DNA of 64,000 nt from Dicyema japonicum (GCA_011109175.1 RDEW01000005.1:966903-1030902); one strand, 5' to 3'; numbered from the stretch's first letter, positions 38,400 through 53,430 are shown. Notes: a model not told the origin generated them from the letters alone. Made by a program: numbers and translations.

Positions 38400-38930
38400 G
38401 AGTCGCCAACTCTCTATCTCGCAATCACGAGGCCTGAATGGTGTTGTATCCAGCTTTTTACACACAGAGAAGTCATGAAAATCCTGGACCAGATCTCATC
38501 ATAATGATAGTTAACATTAATGGAATCCAAACGAAAATTACAAAACTACAACGCTTTCTCTTCACACATTCAGTGGATATAGCTCTTCTTCAAGAGACGA
38601 AACTGAACGACCAACTCCCACTTTTAAGGAGGGATACTCAGTTTTCAGACGAGACAGAAGCAATGACATAGGAGGCCTTATTACACTGATCAGGAATTAT
38701 ATCCAGGTCAGCAATATTATGGATAACATTTCAGACTTCTTTTTTCAGGACAATACAATGGAACAACTAACTCTGAAAATTCGCCTACCCTCTCTCCGAT
38801 TGACAATCGTTAATATATATTACCCCTCCATCATCATACCCCTGTGGATACGTGCTGAACTCAAGCGACTCACCAGGTGAAAAACACTCTAATCGGCTGT
38901 GACTTAAATGCAGAGTTCTTTATGGTATTC
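38400..38930 (+). mobile_element. LINE 5' fragment: 2A-like motif plus APE
   Basis: HENPGPDLIIMIVNINGI..DIALLQETKL; later LIGCDLNA. Confidence 0.7.
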
Positions 38931-39569
38931 TAACCAACAATTGAAGATAATAATTGGGTAATTGCGTTATGTGTGTCAAAATTCTGACAAAGAGTAAAGT
39001 TGAGAACGCATCAACAACCAAAAAAGGAAAACTAGCTAATGAAGGTAAACCGACAGTGAAGTCTATATCAAAGAAGGGGATTGAAATACCCACCAATGAA
39101 CTATATGACATTGTTGAGTCAGGACAAGCTGTTGAGTCTAACTTGACTTATGATTCTCTTGTAGTTAATCTGGAAATTAAAAAAACATGGCTTTGGGACG
39201 GATTAAACGCTTTAACATGCTATCAACGTCAGCAACTGCCAGTAAGGTACGAATTAAATTAAGGAAATCAGGCATATGTACGCTTGAATTTTCTTCAAAA
39301 GAGGATATGGACGCTTGTGTCGATGATTTTGGTTTGAAAGCGCCAATTTGGTATTGATGGACATGTTTTTACCACTTCCTTCCTATATCCTTCCACTTTT
39401 GTTATGAAGGGACTCCCTTCTTGGGTCTCAGATGATGACTTAAATCTTTATTTTATTTTATAGGTCCATAAGCCTCATACCAACGATCTCAAGAGTTATA
39501 GAAAGAATTGTATTTAACAGACTCTGAAAATATAGAACGTAATGATATATAGAACGAAAAAATCGCTCT

Positions 39570-42500
39570 TGTGGAGATTGTTTGTACGCGTACATTGTGA
39601 AGGCTTTGGAATCTAAAGGATGTTTGACCGCAGTCTGCTTTGATATATTCAATGCTTTCGACAGTGTGTGGCATCTTGGTCTTCTTATTTGTCTTGTGAA
39701 ATGTGGTGTTGAAAAGGAACTTTATTTTTGGATACAAAGTTTGCTCTCGGATAGACGGTCAATTGTTAATTTTTAGACTATGAATCTCGTGAAATTTGGT
39801 TGAGAAGAGGTGTACCTCAGGGTTCAGTGCTCAGTCCTCTATTATTTAACATTGTAATGAGTGAATTGCCTTCCTCAGAAAACCCACGTGCCGAAAAAGA
39901 GAGACTCTATCCTCAATAAATTTGAAAAAAACGCAAATTTTGCTCTAAAGCTTTCTTTCGGGATAAATCCTCGTATACCAATTCCCCTATGCTTGGAAGG
40001 AAAATGTGCAAGGTTGGCAGAACTATCGAAAATTTTATTCGAGGTCTCAAAATCGCACTAAAGTATCTGGCACTTATCTTCACAGACCCTGTGTTTACGG
40101 ATTTTTTGGGGAGTAGTAGAAGTCGATCGGCATGCCCTACCGTTTCATATTACTTCCCCCATCACTTAATTTACAGTGCTTTTTCTTTATAACTTACTTA
40201 CAAATTTATCACTGGGAGCTCTCATGTCTGACAGTTTTGACAACTTGATCATTCTCAATATTCCAAGTAAACACAAAAGGACCCCGTCGGGATGACTCCC
40301 TCACTTCACTTGACTTTTCTTTTGCCGGTCCTTTTCTTGAGGCTGTCATTTATTGGGATCTATATATCATTTACACACCGACCATAACCCAATCATTATG
40401 AGAATACCACAAACAAAAGTTAATGCATACGCCAAGAACCATTTCAACTTCTCACGTGCGGTGTGGCCCACATTTACGTACTTTATCGAACAACACCTTC
40501 ACAGTTTCTGGATAGAGGATTTCAACTCGATCAACTCCGCCTTCAGATACCTCAATGAGATTATAATCGATCGCAAAAAATCATTCCGATGGGCCACCCT
40601 CAACCTCCTTCGCAGCCTATTGATTCTGAAACACGTGCTTTCATCGATACGAGGAATAAAATATGTCGAAAGACATTCAATGGACGTCACTGAAAGGATA
40701 TCAAATCTAAATAAAAAAATCAAACTGAACATCAAAAAACACAACAAAGAACGATGGGAGGACATGCTGAAAGAGGCTACGAATATTACCTTTCCATTTT
40801 ATTATGGAAATCGATAAGTAGACATGAAGAGCTCTCCACTATTAATTGCACACAGAGAGCCAGGTCAAATCCCAATGATGATATCTTTGTTCTCGAACTG
40901 AAGCACCTGGGTCTTTCAGAGACGGTGGCAGTAACATAAATTTCAAATCTCCCGATAAACAAGAACAAGATTCAGTTAATATCAAGAAATCACTGATACA
41001 CGCCAAGAAAAACAAACCACCTAACTGCCCACCTTTCTATCGACCTGTATCCATCATCTGTGGGGTTGGAAAACTGGTCCTTCTCAAGATCCGTCCTTTC
41101 GTCACACTTCCATATTTTCTACACGGATTCTGCGGAGGCCACTCAATACCAACCCACTTAACAAAATTTGTCAAATTCACTTTCGATGACCTGAATACTC
41201 CCAATCCACACGAGAAAACCGTACTGGTCTCAGTGGATATAGAGAAGGCTTTCGGTTAAGTATCCCTGGAGATCCTTACTGCAAAAATTTTAATGACGTC
41301 AATCCACTCTAAATTCAAGTTATGGTTTGCTAACTTCATCAACGGCTACATCGGTCAAGTGGTGGGAAACAACCATCTCTTGATTGAAATATCGAAGAGT
41401 TAAAGAGGAGACACGGTCCGTGCAAGAGACATTAAACCTGGTGGGTCTTTGGTTCTTGAAGAACCGCCTAATACTATCAACAGGAAAGTCACACGTAACG
41501 ACGTATACCTCATTACGAAAAGGGATACGGACTCGATCCCCATAAAAAAGATTATTTTAATCCTGGGAGTCAGCCTGGGTCCCCTCCTTTCATTCAAACA
41601 TCAAGTGGACTTGGTAACCTTAAGGATCTAAAAGATAATTGGAATTCTCAAGTCTTACACATTCCCCAGTATTTTCCTTTTCATCGTTGGACCTCTATAC
41701 AAAAAATTGTTCTACCTAATATCGAATCGCTTATGCTAATGGATTGTCTCGACATCACTATCGGGACAGACCAAACTGGAAGTGTTACAAAAGTAATGTC
41801 TCAGAATATTATTGAGATCGTCGAAAAAGACACCCTCATCGGTACTACGAAGAACACTAAACGTCACCACAAATCATGGAATATTTTAAGGAACGCCACC
41901 GAGACTTCTTCAAAATGTCAAAGTCTCCTGACCATCCTTCTGACTGGAAGTAAAACTATATCTGTATGCTTGTCCGAGATACGAGAAGAAACCTTCCCTT
42001 TTTATGGAGATTAATCCAGAATTCCAAAACTAACCGAAGGACAAAACCTTGTATAGACACTGAGATTACTTAACTTAGACGATAACTTTTTTCCTCTTTC
42101 TGTGGTTTCGGGTTAATAAATTATTTTTTTATTATGGTCTTTCCACTCAAGCAGGAGACACTAGTGATATGGGATGCCACATCCTTTGGTTCTCTACCTT
42201 TCATTAGCATCAAAGTGTTACAAAAATTAATGTCTCAGAATTTCCATCAGGAGCGCAATAAAGGCACCCCGCAGAAAAGGCGGAAAAGTCTTGGTGATAC
42301 TAAAAAACACTTTCAATGGTATACGATGTGTTGTAATTTAAGTGTATTGCTTCACACTTTGCCTCGCAATATATATTCTGACCCCGGATTGGGGTAGACT
42401 CCATGAGTGAGGCCCCTAAGAAAGTTGTGACAGGTAGACAGGCGTTTCTTTAGTAACCATTCGTTAAAACGGTCCAGATTTTGTTGCAATCTCGAAGTAG

Positions 42501-43080
42501 CAATCTGGATGTCCCGATCACGTGAAGCAATGACAATGTCGTCGGCATAAGTAAGAAGAATATCATTTCCGACTTCCGGTGTGGGGAGATCCGCCATGAA
42601 TAGGTTGAATAGTAATGAAGACAAAGGGGATCCTCAGGGAACACAATTCGGAAGATCTTGAGTTTTCCAATGCAGACGCGTCCCCTCCAACCGCTAAGGA
42701 AGGAGCAAAGTACAGTCTTCATGTGTCCCAGCTTGTACAAAAAAGCATAACGTATAAAGTTAGTCAAGAAAGATAAATGGGTCGAATTAGACTTCTCTTC
42801 TTTAAAACCATGTTAAAATGACAAGTCCGGAAAAAAATCTTTGATTTTTGCCAGAACCAGTCTTTCCAGGATTTTTGACAACGGACACAATAACGCGACC
42901 AGTCTGTATGAAGTAGGACCCTTTTTCATTTTTCCAGGTTTCAAAATTGGTGAGCAACATTCAACTTCTTATTGTCGTGTGGGATATTTTTACGTAATAT
43001 TTTATGAGGCTAGTCAAATCCTTTTGGCTGTGATCCTCCTCAGATGATCTTTCATCCTTTTTGAAGCGGCTCGAATAGTC
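39570..43080. mobile_element. Cluster of nested decayed LINE fragments on both strands
   Basis: FDIFNAFDSVWH and GVPQGSVLSP (39600-39860 +); TDHNPI and DIEKAF (40350-42120 +); SSLLFNLFMADL..YADD (42420-43080 -). Confidence 0.75.
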
Positions 43081-43859
43081 TTCAAACTTCTGCCGGTTAA
43101 AAATGAAAGCACGTGCTTCCATCTCGATTTCTGTGCTTTGAACTTTATTTCATTATTGATTTCTTTGGTCTAAGGCAAATGATGTCTTTGGTTGGAATTA
43201 CTTGGGAAAATATTAGTGAAAATTTAATAATTAATTGTTGTACAAAAAATAGAAGAAAACAGATCAGAGATGACTGAAAATCCTGTGGATGATATTTGCT
43301 TTATTATTAGGAAACATGACTAGTTAATTACTGAGTCTAGCGGATATGATCGAGTGGCTGTTACCTAAGATACAAAAATTTATAAAAAAATATTGATTCA
43401 ATAGAATATTTATAAAAAATTAACTGGCTACTTTAGGCATAATTATCAACAATAATTTGGTTTTTTTGCTAATAAAAAACATAAAATTTTTTATATACCC
43501 TCAGTTTATGGGAACTTTTTTTAATGGATTCCTCAAATTGGCTATGTGTATACTGTATGACTATGTACACAGCCTGGTCCACGGGAAATATTTCATTTCT
43601 TCGTCCTCTGAAGCCCAACATGAGATTATTGGGCCCAATTCTATTCAATCTCGGTCGTGGGGTGTTGTTCTACGCTGTGAATGTGTGGTGCTTGGACAAT
43701 AGCAATATGGGCGGTCAACCAAACAATGTCTTGGATAATCTAAAAAGATTAATACTACAACTGAAGAGCATCGGCCTAACACTGAGATCTTAAATCTTGG
43801 ATTTTTGCAACTTGGAAGGAACCGATGGACAAAGGTTCGACTTCTTTCATAGAAAAAAA

Positions 43860-45130
43860 CTTCGGTATCTATTGGGACTAAAGTGGCTAATGCTTGTAAG
43901 GAGTGAACTTTGTACAAAAGATTCTCCCCTGGACTTATGAGCCCCCTGATCATGAAGACATGTTGGAAACTGTTTAGTCACATTCTAAGAATGGAGCGAG
44001 ACACAGCAGCAAACATCATCATGGAAGAATTCTTCGTAACACTGGGGAAAAGTTCAGATGCCGTCCGAGTACAAACGCTTCCCGAAGTCCTTAATGATGA
44101 ACAGAGACCAGTGAACAGAACGATAAGGTACGGTGTCTGGCATCGAACAGGAGAGGTGGGAGAGGCTAGTATTGAAGATCACGAAGACGCGGAAAGAATA
44201 ATTATGGTTTATACGAATCTATACTGTTTTTCAAATAATGGGATTCGATAATTTCCTCAGAGCAACCAAAGACAGCATTCGCACGTCTGAAAATGCTGGA
44301 CGGCATACATCCTCTTTCCTTGAGAAATGTCAATTCAAAAACAGAACTATGTACTTCCCGGTGCGTCTTGTTTCTTAAAAATGTAACACTTCGAATTATC
44401 CGTTCATGCATCGAACATCAAACTCGAAGACCGAGGCAGGGACCAATAATACATCCCACATACCTTTTTGTCAGAACCCAAATCAACTGTGGTCAAAATC
44501 ATCAGCGACAAACAATAATAAGTATTCGTCAATTCAACCTGAAACTAACAAACTTCTTGTAACCAAAAACCTTAAAATACTGGGTGTGATATTTGACACT
44601 TCTTTACTTTGTCAGAACATTTCTCAAAAAATTTATCAGAACAACGATGAAATATGCTGTTCATGCCTAGGGTCTCTGGTTATCAATAAAGAACCTCAAA
44701 AAATACTAGACTCAAAACTCTGCCTTAAAAACGATTACCTGCTATCTAAAAACCGCATCAACCCACTTTTACTGGGGATCAAAGGTTCTCCCAATTTGGG
44801 GCCATATCATAATGTTCAGTCTACAATTCCTAGATAAATTAAATATCCAACGGTCCGGTTCACTGTCTTGGCTTTCTACAACATTTTCATTGACAAAGTT
44901 TGGATTCTTCAAACCATCCAGAAATCCACTACTAAATTCCATCAAAAGTTTTGGTATTCAAGTTTATAGACCATTCCAGAAATCCACTACTAATTCCATA
45001 AAAGTTTTTATCAACAAGTTTAAAAACTGAAAGACTGGATGTTTCTTCTCTTGTTTGAGTCAACCCTTTGAGTTCTGCGACACGCCAAATACACCTGAAA
45101 GGATCACTGAGAGCGTCCGCTCTTTGTTGT
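43860..45130 (+). mobile_element. RTE 3' fragment followed by LINE RT C-terminal fragments
   Basis: WKLFSHILRMERDTAAN; NLKILGVIFD. Confidence 0.55.
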
Positions 45131-45729
45131 GACTTTCTGTTAGCCACCGGTTTCCTTCACTTGAACGGACCAGGAGTAAATAATTAAAATCAGACATAAA
45201 ATATCATCAACTTTCATTATTATTATTAAGATCTTTGAAAATAAGTGAAAACGTATGCGTATGTTCAATCGCTGATAATCTAGAAGACTTTGGAAAGTAT
45301 GATGGTGTCATATATTGAACGAAGTCGACGTTTCGCGGCGTTATGATAAGCTTAATGAAGGGATAAAGGATATTTACTCTCGGTCTGATTATGAAGAAAT
45401 TCAAGAGAAGAGTGTGAGCGAAGAAAAGGACTGTGACAATTGGGTTTACTTCCATAGTTGCTCGAAGAGCAAACGAATTAGATAGAGAATATTTTAATTA
45501 GAATTAACCTTTTAAGATAAAATTAAACTTTTTGTTATTAAAAGCACTTTCACAGAACAAAGAACATTGTTAACTAAGGTCCCGTTTGTGCCACACGTTT
45601 TGGAATTTGCTTCACTAGGCGTCTTCATCGGCCTCTGCTTTCAACTTTCATAGTAAAAATATAATTTTATTTAATTATGTTAAAGTTAATTTTTGGATCG
45701 TACAAAATTTAATTTGATTCCTTAAATGT

Positions 45730-48140
45730 TCATTTTTGTTAGAAAAGTTGGTTCTATATGAAATTACTTTTTCCCTAACTCAATCGAATTTCCAACACGG
45801 ATTCTGTTCTGGAAGATCAACCACGACTTTCTTATCAACGCTTTTGCAGTTCATTGCGGTGGCCTCAACACTACCCCAAAACACATGCGGACAACAATGG
45901 TTTTCGATTACATCAACAAGACGTTTGACTCGGTACCGAGGAAACATTTAATTGGAAAAAAACTTTGATTCAAAAATTCCTCCCAAACATGAAGCTATGG
46001 TTGACCATCTTTTATCTGGAAGACGTGAAAGGGTCATCTGTGGTCACCGCAGATCACGATCACGTTTACTACCAAACTGAGTGCCCCAAGGTTCGCCTTT
46101 GTTCCCTACTCTATTCAACCTTTTCCTCCACGACCTGCCAGCAGACATTGACAAGGACTTCCTACTGCTTTCTTATGCTGATGATATTATCATTGCAACA
46201 AGAAGCAGTTCGACATCAGAAGCAGTCTCACTCGCACAGAAGAAAGTGGATTGTGTCCATAATTGGTTGATAGCTAACCGTCTCTCGGTATCGGCTCCAA
46301 AATCAACATGCACTCTATTCACCTCCGACCGTCGGTCCAAAAAGGACCTGAAATCTTCATCGGTCATACTCGGATACCTGTCACAAGAAACCCCTCAATC
46401 CTGGGAGTGACTTACGACAGGCTGCTTAATTTACCTACCGTGCCAAACAAGTCCTCACCAAAAGACGGCAGAAAATGAATGTTGCACGGGCCCCTATCCA
46501 GAAGATCCCAGTGAATATAAATGAAGCAATCGGAATTATATATTGTTAGACAATCGGCCGTGGAATATGCCTCTGTGCATGGAGATTCGCGTTATCAGAG
46601 GCCATTATCCAAAAAACAAACTTACTCCAAAAAACAATCGTATGCTGGGACCACAATGTGGAACAAAAATACCTCCCCTGCTGACAAAGTCTACAACTCG
46701 TAGATGTGGTTCCGGATTTCTCCGCATTTGCGAGGAAGATGGACACCTCAGCCATCACTGTTTCACGCAAAAGACAATCGGTTGGCAAAGAACATCTCTC
46801 AAACCTAACTCAATATATCGCTGATGGTTTCAACCATTATAATCCTCTCAAACGGACTATCCTTGTATCGATTGACCTAATCAAGGCGTTTGATCGAACA
46901 TCAAGGCGGGTCCTAAGTAACAAAATTTTTGCATCTTGAATTCCTCCACGTTTTTCAGAATTGGCTAACAAATTTCCTCTCTGGAAGAATTTGTCGAGCT
47001 GAAATTATTTCATGTCTATCCCACTACCGACTCCTTTCAAATGGAGTTCTCCGAGGCTCCGTTTTTGTCACCTGCCTTATTTAATCTGCACCCAAGCGAC
47101 ATTCTAAACCAATTCCAAGACACTTTTCCTATTGTTTTGTGGATGTTCAGAACCACTTAAACACTCTTGAAGAGTGGCTTGGAACAAACCACCTATCCCC
47201 CTCTCCATCGAAATCCACCGTCACTGTATTCACGTCCAACCGCCGCCAACTAAATTTTCAACCAATTTTAACAATTCATGGACAATCACTCACCGTTGCG
47301 AAACATCCCAAAATATTTGGAGTTATTGATGACCAACTACTACTAACTTTCTTTAAACATGTGGAGGAATAATGTACAAATGTTTCTCGCAGATCAACAT
47401 ACTTAAAGCTGTGTCAGGCATTCCTTCGGCCAAGAAGCCCTTAACCATCATATATAAACAATTCATTCGAACAGCTGGTCAACCTCTGCCTCACTTACTT
47501 CTATTGACAAGCTATACAAAAAATACAAAGCATCGCGCTCAGGACAATTACTGGATGTCTCAGATCAACTCCTGTGGATCATCTATATTGGGAGTCAAAG
47601 ATCCCTCCAATTGGAGACCATCTGGAAATGAATATCCCTGCAGTTCCTACAGCCTAGAACATCCCTGCCACTTTCCTATGCAAACCGCAAAACAAAAGAA
47701 AAATTATTATGACAACCTGTCTCGAATGCTATCATCCATCCCTTCCAACCCCAATGACAGGAGTCATGAAACAGATACACGATTTTGTTTTACGAAAAGC
47801 ATCCGAAGACTTCGGAGACAATAAAATACTTCAGCTACCCCCTCCTCCAATATTACTAATCAGAATCCTTTCTTCGAGGACGTCCGAGTAAACCTGGCTC
47901 GTCTTGGCTCGTCTATACGATGTGGGCACCACCCATATCTACCAACATACAATATACTCTGTCCTTCTTACAACCTCCACGTGTTGACAACAAATCACCT
48001 ATTTGAATGTCATGAATTGGCACAACGTTCCTCTACAATGCCGGGATTGACCGATCTATAAGAGCGACCAACATCTGCTGCGTCCTACTTGATAGCTGCT
48101 GGCAACCCTACAAGTTAGTGAGGCGGGGTTACTTAACTAA
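45730..48140 (+). mobile_element. Two tandem decayed LINE RT fragments
   Basis: LEKLVL..FQHGF, PQGSPLFPTLFNLFLHDLP..YADD, IDLIKAFD, HPKIFGV. Confidence 0.8.
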
Positions 48141-49191
48141 CTAACCAGTTAAGTTGATAAGCATAGCTATTTATTTAAATAATTAATTAATTAATACGCT
48201 ATGCTAAGATTAAGATTGTCTTAATATCGCAGAGTCATATTGCCTATAGCTTTACCCAGGAATGCTTTTCACATTTTTTTAATTTTGTTGCGTATGATTC
48301 CTTTATCCAGATCCGCAGTGAAATGTTCACTAGTGAAGGCGTCACTCGTCAAGCTTCAGCTTGAATGTAAAGCAGCGAGATTCGAACCAAGGAGCATCAG
48401 GCATTTTTCCCAGCACTTATGAAACCCAGCGGACATATGAACCACTTATTTGAGAACTCTTACGATTTAATATTTTTAGGAGTGTCCAGATTTTTGAAAA
48501 ATGTTGTTTCTAATGATAGGTAAAAAAGTATATAAAAATAGTTGCAAATCAGTGATAGAATTCGTTAATTTGCGGTTAGTTCGATTGGAAAAATAATCCG
48601 TATTAGCAAGTAAACGTCGAAATGTGCTTTAAGAAATTTGAAATTTCCAAGAGTGCGAATGATTACATGCACTTTCACAAGAGCCATTATACTTATAACC
48701 TACTTGTGCTGCGATAGAAGCAATTTAGATGTCAATCTCGTCCATGCGACTCGATTGTTAATTAGAGATCTCAATGAATCCAGGTCATCCCCAGATATGT
48801 TTGGTGAGGAGGTCAACTCCACCCTTAGGATATATCCAATAGTCACGTCCGTTCATATTCGTCATTGTTGGAACCCCTCAAACGTGGTAAAGAAAATAGA
48901 TCCTTTTTAAATTCCGGAAAATTGGGCATCTCATGGGAAAGGTGAATGAACTAACTCTTCTTGGGATTTGAAAAAGGCACAGAGCAGGACGGAATTCTTA
49001 AATGATTGAGCCAAGAATAAAAGATGAGTTGTTCTGAATGGTGCTGACTCTTAAAGACAAATATATGAAGGCGCTTAACAGGGAGGTATATAAAAAGCAG
49101 GTCGGATTTGCAATAAAACGATACGAAAAGAATATTTTTTATTTTTGCAAAGGAAAACGATTTATTAACAAAAAAAGAAAGATTTAGATAA

Positions 49192-49720
49192 TTAATCCTT
49201 TGCAGACGGGATTTCGTATGCGTTTCCACGTAATGCGGCAATCCCGATTCGTTGTCTTAGCCAGAACGATTCGTGGGGTTCTTTTTTTCGACTTGTAAGT
49301 TTCCCTCCTATTTCTTTCAGAAAGGCCGAAATGAAGGATTTTACGGCTCCTGACGTTTCTATAGCCACTGGTGTGAATAGGTATCGGTCTCTAATGGTTA
49401 AGTACTTCTGGATTTTAGCCAATTCTGCTGCGTTGGCCGCAGATCCAGGTTTATGAGCAGATCTCAGAAGGACCGAAGAGGAGAAGGTATCCACACAAGT
49501 TACATCCAAGACCAATGATTTTCTATGTGAATATGGGGAAAGCGGAATTCCGTCTTGCCTCTTGCTATCTTCACGATCCAGCCAGATAGGCTCCAGTTGA
49601 GCTGGGAAGCATGCTGCCTCGAAGGTTCGCAGAATAACATTATTCAATGTGGTGTGACAAGGTGAGCGACCTGCACTTCTTTTGCAAGAGAATGAATGTA
49701 ATCTTTTTGATGTCAGCAGA
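49192..49720 (-). mobile_element. CRE-clade RLE endonuclease 3' end
   Basis: LEPIWLDREDSKRQDG..SLVLDVTCVDT..AELAKIQKY..FTPVAIETSG..LRQRIGIAALRGNA. Confidence 0.85.
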
Positions 49721-50339
49721 AAGCCCTTAGTAAGGAATATTATTGACTAACTCCTTAAATAATAATCTTACGAATATTATCAGCACTCTTCCTATAAGGT
49801 TTTTCAAACTCTCAAAAAATAAAATCCGAAATTTAAAAATTTATGTTGATTTTTCTTAATAATTATGTTTTTTAGTTCTTGTTTGTCATTTACTGTGTTT
49901 TCGTGGTAAACAAAAAAAACAAGATCAAAATAGTACTAGTTTTCTCCTACACAATAGAAACTTAATTTTGAAAACTGTCTCCCGTGGTTAATCGTGTTTT
50001 AACGGTTTTATCCAAGAAACCTGAAAAAATGAAGTTGGTCCTAATAATCCATGTTAAATACACATAACAAATTTTAAAAACCAATTTTTATTAATCGTGG
50101 AAAAAATGTCATGACTTTAACCTTTATAATGGAAACCACTAGATTCAAAAATTATCGAAGCAAATACGTGTGAAAACAGATTTCACTTATTTTTGTTTAT
50201 TTATTAAGAAACTCCAGGATCACCAAGATAAAAACATAAAAACCAACTAAAGTGATCCTAGCTTTTAGTGAATCTCGGATTCTCCTTAAACAGTCTACCA
50301 GCAATCTAATCGCTTTCTGGGAGTATTTTCTAGAATTTT

Positions 50340-50640
50340 TGCAAAGGTTGCCGGGCAAGAGGCCCGAAGGTCGCTAGTTCGAATCCTTATACTTTACATT
50401 TCGGTTGAAGGTTCCACGAATCTCCATGCTTTGGCTTGACGCGTGACTCCATCATCAGTGAACAATTCACTGCGTAACCGGATCCTCTATATAGGACATA
50501 CACCCAACAAAAAGAAAACAAAAGTAGTGAAGAGCTCCTCATCGATTCGTTATGATAACTTTTCTTTGCTTAAAATAATGTGTGTGTTCTGCCTGAGGTG
50601 AACGATAGCTGATATGGTTTCTCGGAAAGTGCATTGTTTT
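50340..50640 (+). mobile_element. tRNA-derived SINE, family 2
   Basis: CCGGGCAAGAGGCCCG...CTAGTTCGAATCC head and a body shared with the copies at 12530 and 13715. Confidence 0.75.
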
Positions 50641-52407
50641 TTATATCTATTATGGTGTCTTATTATGGACTGATCGAGATTCATCCTCATGGATAACTTA
50701 TTCCTTAATGGGTTTTCTGTTGTTTAAATCTTATTTATGTTTTGCGCCAATAAAAACTCAAAATGGCGTTAAAACCACAAAAGAATTGCAATAAAAAGCT
50801 ATGACCCGCAAATGGTAGGTTTTTTCATTTTTTAGTTATCTCGGACAATCTTTACATTTTGAGTCTAACAGAGGTAATTCTTTGTCTTGATAAAAAATCA
50901 AGACAAGGTTTTATCTCCGTTAACCTCAATGTTTCATCAATTGAACAATTTAGAAAACTCAGCAGAACTGTCGAAATTTCAAGTTATCATTTTTTAAGAT
51001 GCATACACAACACGCGAGGATCAGAAGAGAAGGAAGTATAGAAGCATCTCGGAGGATCACTTGTTTGTCCCATTTTCTGTTGATACGCAAATTGAATTTA
51101 ACATTCTGGTATGCTATATTCATTATTCCTAAAGGTTAATGACTGGAAAAAGTGTTGGAGTGTTATAAGAGTCAGTACAGTTGTGGATACAAAGATGATT
51201 GGTTTTTTATGTTTCTTTTGATAATTTTTGCTATTCTTTTCGACAACCCCCCGACTTAGCTTCTAGTTCCTCACGATCAGGTAGGTAGGATAAATCCTGA
51301 TTAAAGCTCATTAAATAAGATAAATTTGACACGAAAAATATTATAATCCGTAAAAACCAGCTTTGATTAACTTTTATTAAATACACCAAGATGTGCTTAT
51401 AAATGGATTAATTTTCAGTCTTAATTTGACGTTGTAACGAATGTTTTGAATTGCAAAAGTTATTTTGAGAGACAAATCGATAACCGCAAAACGATAATTT
51501 CAGTTAATTTGACACTAATTGGATAGTTATGTGTACTCGATCAAGAGAACTTTGACATTTTTTATTCGACCGATTCAAAATTGATCACACTTGAATAGAA
51601 TACACCAATCATATGATTAATGTCCTTACTCGAACAATATAAAAGGAATCTGCTGATAGAACTGTACTACACCCTTTCAGCAAAATCTTAAAAGGTGCTG
51701 GGACCGACTCCAGACATTTCCATAGAAATCGGTTGAACGAAAGCCTGTACGTCAGCTCCTTATATCACCTGCTCTTAATATCTTAGGTTCCAGAAACCTC
51801 AGATCTTGCACGTGTATGACCTCAGATCCCACACGTGCGATTAAGGTGTCTATGCATGTGGATATTAATTAATAAATATAATTTTAACGTTTTATTTATT
51901 TATAATAATTAAAGTGATTTAGTGATCAATTAATGAATATTTTTATATTCTCATTCGTTCCCCCCACCCCCATCCATAAAAGATTCTCAACGATTTTGCT
52001 TGCTTGGAGTTGTTTGAAAAATGTTTAAAGTCATCGATCCAGCACCTCCGTGTCTGCCTGTCGTCTGGAGCTTTTCTAGAGCATTCTGCCATTATTAAGC
52101 GGAGAATTAGGAAAGGCTTCTGGAATAGTATTTTTTTAGGTTGAGTGCTGGAATGACGAAAGGGCCTAAACGAAGTTGTCAGAAGGACTATGGATGCAGA
52201 ATCATAAAACTTTTTCCTTAGGCACTAATTTACTACAATAAAAATGGAAAAGTAGTTTATTATTTTCTGCAACTAGCACATTTAGTTAACAGATAATTGG
52301 GACTAATTTATCCTCTCAGTTTGTCTATTTTAGGAAAATTGATTAAAAATCAGGTTTAGTCATTGCATCATAAAATTAATATCAAAATAGGATTTAAAAA
52401 ATAATCA

Positions 52408-53002
52408 TTAATAAGGTAAAATCAAGGTTATTTTAACCACCTGATTATGATTATGCCGACCTTTAACTTTGATATAGTTAATTTTATTTTCATTTTGGAA
52501 AATAATTTTTATACCTATTCTAACTTGGGGACCAATCAAGTGAAAACCATCAGTCTTAAGTGTCATTGAGAATCTTCTTGGAGTAGGAATGTCCCAAAGG
52601 AATAGATCGAACTCAACTCTGAACTCTCCATCAAAAATAGACACCAAAGCGGATAATTTATTGACGGAAAATTAGTTGTACACCCAAAAGGTGTTATTGG
52701 ACTTATATAGAAAGAGAGCCTAGCGGCAATGATTAGGCATCCGCATATTATATTCGGCACATTGCTCTCCCAAGGAAATAAAAATACAGTCTTTATTTTC
52801 ACACCGCACTGAGGATAATTTTTAGGTTTTCTTGCAACTTTGAGGAGAATTTGTCTGCTTCTTCATAGGCGGAGATCCAACAGTAGACGGTCAAACCTCT
52901 CGAATCAGCTTCTTTTAATCTAAAATTTAGAATTTCATGTGGACAATTCTCAAATCCGCCTGTTTCTCGAATTCGCTCTTCAGTAATATTGAAAAAATTC
53001 AT
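52408..53002 (-). other. Possible degenerate or unrecognised gene (three overlapping minus-strand ORFs)
   Basis: ATG after an AT-rich stretch and protein-like composition, but no family recognised and no clean intron solution found. Confidence 0.2.
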
Positions 53003-53059
53003 TTAATTGTAAGTTAAATGAATTATATTTTAATTACACGCTAAATTGTGTTTTTGAGA

Positions 53060-53430
53060 TGCGTGGTTGTGTTAGACTTTTTATTTCTTGTCAAACAGAT
53101 CCCACCCGTGAGGAGACGAGTCCTTCTGACACGAAACAGTTGTTAAAAGGGATCTTTCTCCCTGACCAAATCCTCTGATGAAGATTGCATTATGAAAACT
53201 ATTCCGCTAAAGAATGAAGTAATATCCACGACGATAGGACGTGGGACAAAAAATGGAAGAGGGCGGACCTACATCCCCACTTCTCTTCGGAAGCGGAAGC
53301 CTGTAGTGAAGTATTGGAAGATGGATTTGGTCGGCACGAGCAGATGTTCTCTTTGGTTCTTTCCTTGGATTAGTTAGTTATGACTGTTTGTGTTGGACTT
53401 ACAATGGTAATCCTGGGTTAATAATAATCA
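53060..53430 (+). mobile_element. SINE, divergent pseudoknot-core subfamily, copy G
   Basis: Core at 53087-53155 with CTTGTC/GACGAG and AGATCCC/GGGATCT; tail GGTAATCCTGGGTTAATAATAA. Confidence 0.7.

Noticed and set aside
53170-53205. Hammerhead ribozyme (CTGATGA...GAAA)
   Set aside because: No stem II pairing, and the homologous copy near 28968 reads CTGCTGA.
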